Shown here piece by piece: positions 63,750 through 64,000 of a DNA stretch of 64,000 nt. The notes under the pieces were generated by a model, which saw only the letters and a program-made list of their open reading frames with translations, did no database searches and was not told the origin of the DNA. Both the position numbers and the translations under genes were made by a program. Source of the stretch: Mobula birostris (taxonomy: Eukaryota); NCBI RefSeq assembly GCF_030028105.1, contig NC_092375.1:41453130-41517129 (forward strand), written 5' to 3'. The first letter of the stretch is position 1. Each line of letters starts with the position of its first letter.

Positions 63750-64000
63750 CATCGACAGACTCACAGGTGAAGTGCCGCCTCAGCCTGGAAGGAATATTTA
63801 GGACGCTGAATAGTGATTGGTGGGGGGGGGGAGGAGCAGCACCTAGCATAGCAAGAGGGAGATCGATAGGATAGGACAAGTGGAGAAGGAAGTCACAGAG
63901 AGCAACCCGAGCGGAAAGTTGGTGGTGGTGAGGGGTGGGATCCTGTTGAAGGTAGCAGAGGTTGTGGAGTATATGTTGGATGTGTAGACTCGAGGGGTGA
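63750..64000 (-). mobile_element. Penelope-like fragment
   Basis: GACTCACAGGTGAAGTGCCGCCTC matches 31819-31850. Confidence 0.7.

Overview
Eukaryotic (vertebrate) genomic DNA, AT-rich and dense in repeats. The repeat content (CR1 with esterase ORF1, Penelope, HE1-like SINE, Rex-like and L2 LINEs, Tc1, hAT) suggests a cartilaginous fish, probably a ray; this is an inference. Three host loci are present. (1) A tandem array of three stefin (cystatin A/B-like) genes on +: copy A has exons 2-3 only, with exon 1 upstream of the window; copy B has lost exon 1; copy C is complete, 103 aa. (2) A complete 5-exon MIX23/CCDC58 gene on -, 144 aa, at 36439-57334. (3) A probable FAM162-family first exon on +, head-to-head with MIX23 across a CpG island. 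The order matches human CSTA-CCDC58-FAM162A. The most notable structure is that each 13-15 kb duplication unit also carries a copy of the MIX23 last coding exon and 3' UTR. MIX23 therefore has three tandem terminal exons interleaved with antisense cystatin genes: one native, one identical spare with an intact acceptor, and one decayed. Other points: an excess of amino-acid changes in the cystatin second binding loop, a LINE-associated loss of exon 1 in copy B, minimal hammerhead-ribozyme motifs in Penelope ends, a composite hAT element and a 98-bp-arm hairpin. Most ORFs in the supplied track are transposon fragments or noise. All comparisons were made by eye, with no database searches.
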